Below, piece after piece: positions 19,972 through 28,631 of a stretch of 64,000 bases of DNA. Origin of the DNA: Candidatus Binatia bacterium (GTDB lineage: Bacteria; Desulfobacterota; Binatia; Bin18); assembly GCA_963664395.2 (NCBI GenBank), contig OY761159.2, positions 4,064,001 to 4,128,000 of the forward strand, written 5' to 3'. The translations under genes were made by a program, and so were the position numbers. Numbering within the stretch: the stretch's first letter is position 1; every line of letters begins with the position of its first letter. The notes under the pieces are model-generated. The model worked only from the letters and a program-made list of their open reading frames with translations, was not told where the DNA came from and did not search any database.

Positions 19972-20343
19972 ATGAACCTCGCAAAAGTGGCACAACTGTT
20001 TGTTTCTAAAACGGTCTGGAACGTCACGGGTTTTGATGCGGCTGGCCGCGCGCTAATCCACGCTCTCAACTCTGATGACGAGAACATTCGTACCATAGCT
20101 GGAATGTTCCTCGTCCAAACCGGACAGCGGGCCGAGCCGCTCCTTGAGGAGGCACTGCACAAAGGCCAGTATCTTCCGATGGTCATCAATGTTCTCGGGA
20201 GCATTGGGGACCCAGGAATTGTGTCCGAGTTGCGTCCATTCACCAAAGACCGCGACCCTGAAATCGCCCAAGCCGCCCAAGATGCAATTCGGGCCATTCA
20301 TTTCGCGAGTCGATCAGACCCCTCAGCGAGTAGGTCGGATTAG
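19972..20343 (+). CDS. small HEAT-repeat protein
   Basis: LIHALNSDDENIRTIAG, VLGSIGDP, DRDPEIAQAAQDAI; GAGG RBS; stop TAG lies in the downstream REP. Confidence 0.7.
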   Translation: MNLAKVAQLFVSKTVWNVTGFDAAGRALIHALNSDDENIRTIAGMFLVQTGQRAEPLLEEALHKGQYLPMVINVLGSIGDPGIVSELRPFTKDRDPEIAQAAQDAIRAIHFASRSDPSASRSD

Positions 20344-20402
20344 CGGAGCGTAATCCGACAAGGACGGGATGTCGGGTTACGCCTGTGGCTAACCCGACCT
20401 AC
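20330..20402. repeat. GTAG-family REP doublet in inverted orientation (REPIN-like)
   Basis: gtaggtcggattagcggagcgtaatccgaca ... tgtcgggttacgcctgtggctaacccgacctac; GTAG/CTAC termini, each half a hairpin. Confidence 0.8.
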
Positions 20403-20447
20403 ACGGCTACACATAACATTGCTCTAGGGATGCACCCCCCTCCAACA

Positions 20448-20486
20448 TCAGTGCTGGCGAAACTGCCGGGTGGTCCGGGACCTCAC
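20448..20486 (-). pseudogene. 12-codon stub of a RelE/ParE-like toxin (VRSRTTRQFRQH*)
   Basis: GTG overlaps the antitoxin TGA (GTGA coupling); N-terminus resembles the MxSxTTxxFR start of the usual partner toxin. Confidence 0.5.
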
Positions 20487-20701
20487 AGGGCGTCCGGGTC
20501 GAGTGCTTCGGTCAGTCCTTTGCGATCTTCTTGCTCGGCCTCTGCCGCGAGTTGTTCGAGCGCGTCAGACGAGCGTGCAAATGCCGCGTGCCAATGCTGC
20601 TCATCTTCTATTTCTTCCAGGATAAGTGCGGCGATAGCGTTTTGTTGATCTATGGGAAGTCGTTTGGCCTGTTCTACTGCCCTGTCAAGCAATTCACTCA
20701 T
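20483..20701 (-). CDS. small acidic putative antitoxin
   Basis: 72 aa MSELLDRAV..LP..QQNAIAALILEEIEDEQHW..AFARS..LEQLAAEA; GAGGGAG RBS. Confidence 0.7.
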   Translation of the reverse strand: MSELLDRAVEQAKRLPIDQQNAIAALILEEIEDEQHWHAAFARSSDALEQLAAEAEQEDRKGLTEALDPDAL

Positions 20702-20832
20702 GGTCGGGGTTCTCCCTCATCGGGTTATGTCGGGCTAGGCGTCCCGGTGGCGAACGTCCATAAAAGATGAACCCGGTAGGCTAAAAAAGCAAGCTCATTT
20801 AGGATATAGGGAAACGCCAACAGGAGGCGATC

Positions 20833-21594
20833 ATGCGATTTGAAAACACAGGTGTCCTGATCACAGGCGCGGGCAGCGGGATTGGCCGGGCAGCAAGCCT
20901 GGCCTTTGCCGAAGAAGGTGCGGCTATTGCCGCAGCAGACCTCCGGCTTGAAGCGGCCCAGGCAACCGCCAGCGCGATTGAGGAAGTAGGACGGACGGCC
21001 GTGGCCCTCCAGGTCGATGTCACGCAACCGGATTCGGTACGGGCCATGGTCGAGCAGGCTGTGGCCGGACTCGGCTCACTGGATGTGCTGGTAAACAGCG
21101 CGGGGGTGCGTGAGATTGTGCCGTTCTTGGAATTGCCTGCCGAAGAATGGCTGAAGGTCATCGGCACGAACCTGACCGGGACGTTTTTGTGCAGTCAAGC
21201 CGTTGCCCAGCATCTGATTGCCCAGAATAAAGGCGGAAAGATTATTAACCTGTCGTCGGTCGCCGGTCTCATGGGCGTGCCGAACCGGCCGGCCTATGTG
21301 GCCTCCAAACATGGGGTGGTCGGCCTGACCAAGGAAATGAGTATGGAACTGGCTGATAAGAACATTCAGGTCAATGCCATCGCCCCAGGCGTTGTCGAGA
21401 CAGCTATGACCGCTGGCTATTTTGATAATCCGGATATCGTGGCCTCGCTCAAAAAAGCGCATCCGGCCGGACGCTGGGCACAGCCTGAAGAAATCGCCCG
21501 GCTGATGCTGTTCCTGGCGTCTGAGGACGCAGACTTCATGACTGGCGCGACGATTCCCATTGACGGTGGGTTTGTGGCTGGAAAGTCCATATAA
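20833..21594 (+). CDS. SDR family oxidoreductase
   Basis: TGAGSGIG, VNSAG, YVASK, VNAIAPG, IDGG. Confidence 0.93.
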   Translation: MRFENTGVLITGAGSGIGRAASLAFAEEGAAIAAADLRLEAAQATASAIEEVGRTAVALQVDVTQPDSVRAMVEQAVAGLGSLDVLVNSAGVREIVPFLELPAEEWLKVIGTNLTGTFLCSQAVAQHLIAQNKGGKIINLSSVAGLMGVPNRPAYVASKHGVVGLTKEMSMELADKNIQVNAIAPGVVETAMTAGYFDNPDIVASLKKAHPAGRWAQPEEIARLMLFLASEDADFMTGATIPIDGGFVAGKSI

Positions 21595-21605
21595 GGGAGC
21601 GCGAA

Positions 21606-22844
21606 ATGACCGAACACACACAGATTCTTGAAGGGGTGCGTATTCTTGACCTGACCCAATGGCTGGCCGGACCGCAGGCCACGCGGCTGATGGTTGACCT
21701 TGGGGCGGAAGTCATCAAGGTTGAACTCCCACCCAAAGGTGAACACAGCCGGCACATCCGCATCGTGCCCAAGGACGGCAAGGATGGCGCTACGCCGAGC
21801 TATTTCATCATGCACAACCGGGGCAAGAAGAGCCTGTGCGTGGATATCAAAACCCCGGCCGGCCAAGCTGTCATCAAGGATTTGGTCCAGCACTGCGACG
21901 TGCTGTTCGAGAACTTCACGCCCGGCATCATGGAGCGCTACGGTCTGACCTACGACAGCCTGTCCGCCATCAACCCGAGCCTCGTTATGTGCTCGGTCTC
22001 GACCTACGGGCAGACCGGGCCGTACTCCCGCCGCATCGGCAACGATCTGGTTGCTCTGGCGGCTGGCGGATTGCTGCATCTGGTTGGCGAGCCGGACGGC
22101 TATCCGGCCTATCCGGCCTCGGCCATTGGCGATCACATGACCGCGCTCAACGCCTTCGGCGCGATCATGGCGGCCCTGTTTCATCGTCAGCGCACGGGCG
22201 AGGGCCAGTATATCGACCTGGCCCTGGTGGACTGCACCTACAACTCGCACGACTGGGCGCTGGCGGCCTACAGCGTGACCGACGGCGCGGTCGACCCGCA
22301 GCGCGGTGGCTCGCAGCGGGCCGGGGCGTTTCCGTACGGCGCGTTCAAATCAAAGGACGGCTATATCGCCATCGGACTGATTACCGAAGCTCATTGGGTG
22401 ACGTTGGTGAAACACATGGGGCACGAAGAGTTACTGACCTCGCCCGAATTCAAGACCAACCGCTGGCGCATTCAGAACGCGGACGCCCTGCGCGTCATTA
22501 TCGAAGAGTGGCTGCAATCGCTGCCGAGTGATGAAGAGGCGATTCGGATTATGGCCGATGAACTCCGCCTGCCGGTTGCCCCGATTCTGTCCGTCGGCCA
22601 ATTCGCGGAAGACCCGCATTTAAGCAAACGCATGATAGAAACCATGCCCAACCCCGACTACGGCGAGCTGAAGCTACTCAAATCTCCCCACAAATTTTCC
22701 AAAACCCCGCCGCGCATCCCCGGCCCGGCGTCACGCCTTGGTCAACATACGGACGAGTTGCTGGGCGGCTTATGCGGATATACGGCCGAACGGATACGGG
22801 AATTAAAGGACCAGGGCATCCTTGTTGAGAATGCGGAAGGGTAG
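21606..22844 (+). CDS. CaiB/BaiF family III CoA-transferase
   Basis: LEGVRILDLT..LAGP, DLGAEVIKVE, NRGKKS, ENFTPG, G.GQYIDLAL, LGQHTDE. Confidence 0.92.
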   Translation: MTEHTQILEGVRILDLTQWLAGPQATRLMVDLGAEVIKVELPPKGEHSRHIRIVPKDGKDGATPSYFIMHNRGKKSLCVDIKTPAGQAVIKDLVQHCDVLFENFTPGIMERYGLTYDSLSAINPSLVMCSVSTYGQTGPYSRRIGNDLVALAAGGLLHLVGEPDGYPAYPASAIGDHMTALNAFGAIMAALFHRQRTGEGQYIDLALVDCTYNSHDWALAAYSVTDGAVDPQRGGSQRAGAFPYGAFKSKDGYIAIGLITEAHWVTLVKHMGHEELLTSPEFKTNRWRIQNADALRVIIEEWLQSLPSDEEAIRIMADELRLPVAPILSVGQFAEDPHLSKRMIETMPNPDYGELKLLKSPHKFSKTPPRIPGPASRLGQHTDELLGGLCGYTAERIRELKDQGILVENAEG

Positions 22845-22863
22845 CCAATGACAAGGAGAGCGT

Positions 22864-23613
22864 ATGCAGAAGCGGAAGAAAATGACGGGCAGTTGGAGGA
22901 CGAGCAGGGTGCTGACAATCGGGCTCGTCTGCGCTGTGGGTCTGCTGCCGCTGACCGCTCAAGCTCAAAACGCAGCCTATAACCAGACCACTCTGGTCGC
23001 ACTGTGTAAGATATCCGCCGCCGGTGCCTCGGGTCGGTTCGACACCGCCGAGCAACTCTTCAGCGGGGGCAAAGACGCCGGACTCAGCGAACTCCAGATG
23101 TACGAGGCGGTCTTGAACCTGCTGCCCTATATCGGCTATCCGCGGACTCTGAGCACGCTGGGACGCTTTCAGCAGGTATATCCCGACTACATCAGCCAAC
23201 GTTCCCAGGGGCAGAGTCCCCAGCCGACCGAACCCTGGCCGGAGTATGCCCCGACCATCTGGGGAGAACGCGGGATGCGGGTTCAAGAGCAGCTAACCGG
23301 CGGCAGCGAGGAGAACAAAAGGCTCATCCAGCGGCTCAGTCAGATCAGTCCCGAACTGGCCGAATGGGTGCGCTATGACGACTTCGGTCGGGTCTTTGGT
23401 CGAGCCGGGCTACTTCTGATTGAACGCGAAGCTATCGTGCTTGGCGCGCTGATTGCCCAGGGAGCGCCCCAGATCGCTTTTCACTACAAAGCCCTGCTCC
23501 GCGTCGGGGGCGATGACAGCCTGGTCGATGCCCTGCTTGAGGCGGTAACGGACATCGTGGATAAAAGGGCGCTGGCCTCCGCGCGGCACCATATTGCCGA
23601 GGCACGCAAGTAG
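22864..23613 (+). CDS. exported carboxymuconolactone decarboxylase/AhpD-like protein
   Basis: Signal peptide (..AQAQ); PYIGYPR and FGRVFGR.GL..ERE..V motifs typical of tandem CMD domains; start uncertain. Confidence 0.6.
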   Translation: MQKRKKMTGSWRTSRVLTIGLVCAVGLLPLTAQAQNAAYNQTTLVALCKISAAGASGRFDTAEQLFSGGKDAGLSELQMYEAVLNLLPYIGYPRTLSTLGRFQQVYPDYISQRSQGQSPQPTEPWPEYAPTIWGERGMRVQEQLTGGSEENKRLIQRLSQISPELAEWVRYDDFGRVFGRAGLLLIEREAIVLGALIAQGAPQIAFHYKALLRVGGDDSLVDALLEAVTDIVDKRALASARHHIAEARK

Positions 23614-23618
23614 GAAAC
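23536..23618 (+). repeat. direct repeat A1 (3' end of CMD-like gene); partner A2 at 27396-27478
   Basis: 83 bp, 7 mismatches by manual alignment. Confidence 0.92.
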
Positions 23619-23634
23619 CACTGTAGATGAGGCC

Positions 23635-26472
23635 ATGACGCCAAGCCAATTCATCACCAAGTGGCACCCCTCCCAACTCAAAGAGCGCTCGGCGTCGCAA
23701 GAACACTTCATCGACCTGTGTCGGCTGCTGGATGAACCCACGCCCGCCGAAGCCGACCCTATCGGCGACCACTACTGCTTCGAGCGCGGTGCGCGTAAAG
23801 ACACCGGCGGCAAAGGTTGGGCCGACGTGTGGAAGCGTCACCACTTCGCCTGGGAGTACAAAGGCAAACACAAGAATCTGGACGCCGCCTTTAATCAGTT
23901 GCGGCAATCCGCCCTGGCCCTGGAGAATCCGCCCCTGTTGATCGTCTCGGACATGGCGCGGTTCCGTGTCCGCACCAATTGGACCAACAGCGTCAGCGAG
24001 ACCCACGAGTTTACGCTGGACGATCTCGCGGACGCAGCCACGCGCAATATCTTAAAATGGGCGATGTCCGAGCCCGAACGGCTCCGGCCCGGCGAAACTC
24101 GCCAAACCGTCACCGAACGCGCGGCCACCACTTTTGCCGCCCTGGCGCAGGCGTTACGGGAGCTCGGCCACGAGAGTCACGTCGTTGCGCATTTCGTGAA
24201 CCGTCTCGTCTTCTGCATGTTCGCCGAAGACGTGGGCCTGCTGCCGAACAACATGTTCACGCGGATGTTGGAACGCAGCCGGCTCAAGCCGGAGCAGTTT
24301 GTCGAGTATGCATCGCGTCTGTTTGGCGCGATGTCCACGGGTGGCGATGTCGGTTTCGAGGAAGTGGCGTGGTTCAACGGCGGGCTGTTCGACGATGACA
24401 CGGCCCTGCCGCTGGAGAAAGCCGACATTGACACCGTACTCGTGGCGGCGGCACTCGACTGGTCGGAGATTGATCCTTCGATACTGGGTACGCTGTTCTA
24501 GCGCGGGCTTGACCCGGACAAACGCTCGCAACTAGGCGCGCATTACACCGACCGGGACAAGATCATGCTGATCGTCGAGCCGGTGATAATCCGCCCCTGG
24601 CTGGCCGAGTGGGAGACGGCCAAGGCCGAGATTGTGTCGAGTCTGGAAAAGGAAACTGCCGCCAAATCAGCCTCTACACAGACCCGGCGACGTAGAGAGG
24701 CCGAGCGCCTGTTAGGTCAGTTCCTGGAGCGGCTGCGGAGTTTCACCGTGCTTGATCCTGCCTGTGGCTCTGGCAACTTCCTGTATCTGGCGCTTCATGC
24801 CCTCAAGGACTTGGAGCATCGCGTACAGTTGGAGGCCGAAGCGCTGGGCTTAGAGAGAGAATTCCCCGCCCTCGGTCCGGCCAACGTCAAGGGTATTGAG
24901 ATCAACCCCTACGCTGCCGAACTGGCCCGTGTGTCGGTCTGGATTGGCGAAATCCAATGGATGCGGCGCAACGGTTTCAACGAATCCCGCGCCCCGATCC
25001 TCAAACCGCTCGACACCATCGAATGCCGGGACGCCCTCCTGACGCCGGAGGGGAGGGAATCCGAGTGGCCCGAGGCCGATGTCGTGATCGGGAATCCACC
25101 GTTTTTGGGTAGCAAGCGAATGCGGGAGGTATTGAGCGACGAGTACACGGAAAGCTTGCGACAGTCCTATGCTGGTGCGGTCCCGGCATTCGCGGACCTT
25201 GTGTGCTACTGGTTCCATAGAGCGAGTGAGCTGGTAGCCGAGGAGAAGATTTCTCGTGGTGGCTTGGTCGCTACCAATTCGGTCCGGGACGGGAGGAGCC
25301 GAGTTGTGATCGACCGGATTGCTGAAAGCGGTATCATTTTCGAGGCATGGTCTGACGAGCCCTGGATAGTTGAAGGGGCTGCTGTGCGGGTCTCCATAGT
25401 CTGCTTCGCTGGCCAGGAAGCTGGACTTACTCCTCATCTGAATGGTGTGCCGGTGGGTTCCATCCATACTGACCTTACAGCAGACGGTGTTGATCTGACG
25501 CAAGCGGTTCAACAGGCCGAGAACAAAGGCGTAGCATTTGCGGGCAACAAGAAGTACGGCACGTTCGATATTCCCGGCGATCTTGCGCGAACTTGGTTAT
25601 GCCTGCCTGCCAATCCGAACGGCAAGCCGAACTCCGATGTCCTCAGGCCATGGATCAACGGGATGGATGTGGTCCGCCGCCCTGCTGGTAAGTGGATTAT
25701 CGACTTCGGTTCTTCCATGAGCGAATCTGATAGCGCCCTCTACGAAGTGCCGTTTGCCCATGTGGCGGAACACGTCAAGCCGACGCGCATTAAAGACCGC
25801 GCAAGACAGACCAGAGAACTCTGGTGGAGGCATGAACGTCCTCGCCCGGAAATGTGGAGGGTGCTGCAAAGTTTATCACGCTACATCGCAACTCCAGCGG
25901 TTGCAAAGTATCGCCCGTTCGTCTGGTGTGACGCTCGGATTTGTCCGGATCAGCAACTGATCGTCATCGCGCGCGACGACGACACAACGTTCGGTATCTT
26001 GCACAGCCGCTTTCACGAGGTCTGGTCGCTCCGGCTGGGAACCAGTCTGGAAGACCGTCCGCGCTACACGCCCACCACGACGTTCGAGACGTTCCCGTTT
26101 CCAGAAGGACTATCGCCTGACATCCCCGCCGCCGACTATGCCGACAATCCACACGCCGTTGCCATTGCCGAGGCCGCCCGGCGGCTGGTCGAGTTGCGCG
26201 ACCGCTGGCTCAACCCGCCCGAATGGGTGGAGTGGGTAGACGAACCGGTGCCCGGCTATCCCAAGCGCCCGGTTCCCCGCAACGAGGATGCCGCGAAAGA
26301 ACTCAAGAAACGCACCCTGACCAACCTGTATAACACTCGCCCACAATGGCTGGCCGACGCGCACACCGCCCTTGATGAAGCCGTGGCAGCGGCTTACGGC
26401 TGGGACGCTGATATTTCTGACGATGAGGCGTTGCGCGAACTGCTGGAGTTGAATCTGGCGCGAAGCGAGTGA
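23635..26472 (+). pseudogene. MmeI/YeeA-like type IIG/IIL restriction-modification enzyme interrupted by one in-frame TAG at 24499-24501
   Basis: Nuclease ADVW..FAWEYKG, GTLF*RGLDPDKRSQLGAHYT, motif I DPACGSGNF, motif IV GNPPF, C-terminal RTLTNLYN; ORFs 23635-24501 and 24565-26472 share a frame. Confidence 0.88.
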
Positions 26473-26514
26473 AAAGTACCCGGCGGGAGGAGATGTTGGG
26501 TTACGTTTCGCTAA
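26426..26514 (+). repeat. direct repeat B1 (3' end of RM gene plus truncated REP); partner B2 at 27303-27396
   Basis: 52-bp core with 5 mismatches (ALRELLELNL..E* coding) followed in both copies by gagatgt..ggttacg.ttcgctaa. Confidence 0.88.
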
Positions 26515-26538
26515 GGGTCCTCGTCGAGTGGGTGCGGT

Positions 26539-26567
26539 TTGACCAGGTCGCTTCTAGTTGCTACTTT
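26539..26567 (+). promoter_or_regulatory. sigma70-like promoter, probably giving a leaderless antitoxin mRNA
   Basis: TTGACC (26539-44), 17-bp spacer, TACTTT (26562-67); ATG 7 nt later with no SD. Confidence 0.55.
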
Positions 26568-26574
26568 TCCGTAC

Positions 26575-26868
26575 ATGAGAGCGGTTGGAATAAAAGTATT
26601 GAACAGCCGGTTAAGCGAGTATGTGCGGCTCGCTGCATCGGGCGAGACCATTCTGGTCACGGACCGCGACCGTGTTGTCGCGGAAATCGGTCCTCCGAGA
26701 GAAACCAGAAGCCCAATGCTTGCCGATGCACTGCTGGCCGAGGCCGTGCGCAAGGGGTGGCTGACGCCGCCAACGCTGCCCGCCACGGGGGAGCCTCCGA
26801 CTCCGGAACGAGTTGCGCCGCTCTCTACTCTTCTTGGCGAATTGGATGCCGATAGAAGCGAACGGTGA
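26575..26868 (+). CDS. Phd/YefM family antitoxin
   Basis: MRAVGIKVLNSRLSEYVRLAASGETILVTDRDRVVAEIGP; overlaps the PIN gene (GTGA). Confidence 0.88.
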   Translation: MRAVGIKVLNSRLSEYVRLAASGETILVTDRDRVVAEIGPPRETRSPMLADALLAEAVRKGWLTPPTLPATGEPPTPERVAPLSTLLGELDADRSER

Positions 26869-27260
26869 TCTACCTCGATACCTCTGTTGTGCTCGCCCAA
26901 CTCCTGGCGGAAGACCGCCGCCCACCCATCTCGCTTTGGGACGGGGCCCTGGTGGCCAGCCGGTTGATGGAATACGAGGTCTGGACCCGACTACATGCGC
27001 GCGGACTTGCGGAGTCGCACGGCGAGGCCGCAAGCGGGCTCATCGGACGGGTCGCGTTGCTGGAGCTATCCCCACCAGTGCTCGCGCGCGCCCTGGATGC
27101 TTTTCCCGTGCCTGTTCGCACGCTCGACGCCCTGCATCTGGCGTCATGCGACTACCTGCGCAACCAAGGGCAGGCGGTCTCGCTTGCCAGCTACGATCGC
27201 CGGATGACCGCCGCTGCCCGCGCCCTGGCTATGCCGGTCTACGACCTGGAACCCTCCTGA
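26865..27260 (+). CDS. vapC: PIN-domain ribonuclease toxin
   Basis: MIYLDTS, RTLDALHLA, LASYDRRM..AA. Confidence 0.9.
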   Translation: MIYLDTSVVLAQLLAEDRRPPISLWDGALVASRLMEYEVWTRLHARGLAESHGEAASGLIGRVALLELSPPVLARALDAFPVPVRTLDALHLASCDYLRNQGQAVSLASYDRRMTAAARALAMPVYDLEPS

Positions 27261-27302
27261 ACCGTGCGACGGATTACGGTCGGAACGAGGCGAGCGACGG
27301 AA

Positions 27303-27478
27303 AGGCGTTGCGCGAACTGCTGGAATTGAATCTGACGCGGGGTGAGTGAAAAGTGATTGGTAGCGGTGAAGAGATGTCAGGTTACGCTTCGCTAACTTGA
27401 GGCGGTAGCGGACATCGTGGACGAAAAGGCGCTGGCCTCCGCGCGGCAGCATGTTGCCGAGGCGCGCAAGTAGGAAAC
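27303..27478 (+). repeat. abutting orphan gene ends B2 (RM gene 3' end + cut REP) and A2 (CMD gene 3' end)
   Basis: Matches 26426-26514 and 23536-23618; joined at gctaac|ttgagg. Confidence 0.9.
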
Positions 27479-27500
27479 AAATTTTCAGAGGGAGCGCAAA

Positions 27501-27533
27501 GATGTCAGGCTGCGCTTCGCTAACCTGACCTAC
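27501..27533. repeat. complete GTAG-family REP (gatgtcaggctgcgcttcgctaacctgacctac)
   Basis: Same family as 20370-20402; truncated copies at 26492-26514 and 27373-27396. Confidence 0.8.
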
Positions 27534-27556
27534 AGCTCTAAGGATGGGGAGGGACG

Positions 27557-28512
27557 GTGACAAACGAAACCAGCGGATTTCGCTTATACCTGCAAGTGCG
27601 GATTGGAAATAACCTGAATACCGATGAGGAACTCCTCACAACCTACCTTGATGGGCGAGAGGTGACGATCAGACCCAGCTATGGGCCTCCGTCGATTTCA
27701 AAAGCGGAGTGGCTCGTCTTCGAGGCGCGTGGGTTCCCCACCGAACCGGAAGCGCGTACTTTCGGCGAGCGGCTCAGAGCAAACGTACAGCTTGCGGCGC
27801 TTTGTTCCAGCCCTGGTACGTTGATACGGGCCTAGACGAGGTCTTAGGTTCGATCAACGAAGAATACTATCGGTCAAAGGGCTGGCTGAAACCCCACCAG
27901 CGGCACGGCGATGATGTACATGGTCTCTTAATTCTCCCCGATGATGACAATACGGTGTTTAGCCGCGGCCGGGCGAAGGGAACGACCAAATCGGATCCTA
28001 AGCTCTTCCTTGAGGCAATGCGCGAACTAGCCGATCAACCGTCAGTCACAGAACCTACAATCGCTCTTTCAGTGCGGCTCCTGAATCTTGCTCACATCAA
28101 TTCTCAGCCACCCGCCAGAATCGTCCTCGCTGTTTCAGCCGTCGAGACGGTCGCTCAGGACGAGAATTGGACTGATGAGCAACGTGCTTTGATAAAGAAT
28201 CTCGCTGTGGAGATTGAAGATCCAGAAGTCAAAGAAGCCGTCAAACGTATGCATATGCATAAGATCAGCATACTACAGGGGATAAAACGGGTGCTGGATA
28301 ACAATAGCCTCGGCCATCTGTGGGGAGAGTGGAAAGACCTTTATGAGCGCCGCAGTCGTTTCTTTCATGGAGGCAGAGAGTTCACAAGGCAGGAGATCCA
28401 GAAACTTGCTTCCGACGCCCTGAAGCTCTGCGGCAAGATTATTCTTGGGATCATCAAGCGAACGGGCCTCAAGCTGCCATCTGTTGCCAGCGTGAATTTC
28501 AGAGGTATCTAA
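27557..28512 (+). pseudogene. frameshifted HEPN-domain protein (ApeA/MauJ-like)
   Basis: Two overlapping ORFs join near 27815-27820 (LCSSPG|VDTG); LAVSAVE helix and RxxxxH motif RSRFFHG; GGAGG RBS. Confidence 0.6.
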
Positions 28513-28631
28513 CACGCAGCAAGCCTTAATGACTGCTACGCCTTGTTCTCAACGAGCCCCGGCGATAGACAAGCGCGGGAGTTTTTGTTTTTCTAGGCAG
28601 CCTCTACCATGAACCCATAAGGAGAACGCGT

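Noticed and set aside
24499-24501. Programmed amber read-through (pyrrolysine or recoding)
   Set aside because: The position corresponds to an expected Glu (GAG), TAG is used as a normal stop by many genes here, and no pyl genes are seen.
26813-27349. 178-aa ORF ending ALRELLELNLTRGE
   Set aside because: It overlaps vapC out of frame; its tail is just the orphan duplicate of the RM gene end.
23536-27478. A1/A2 repeat pair as a diversity-generating retroelement TR/VR
   Set aside because: Only some of the 7 mismatches involve adenine in one direction (t/c, c/g and g/a also occur), and there is no reverse transcriptase in the window.
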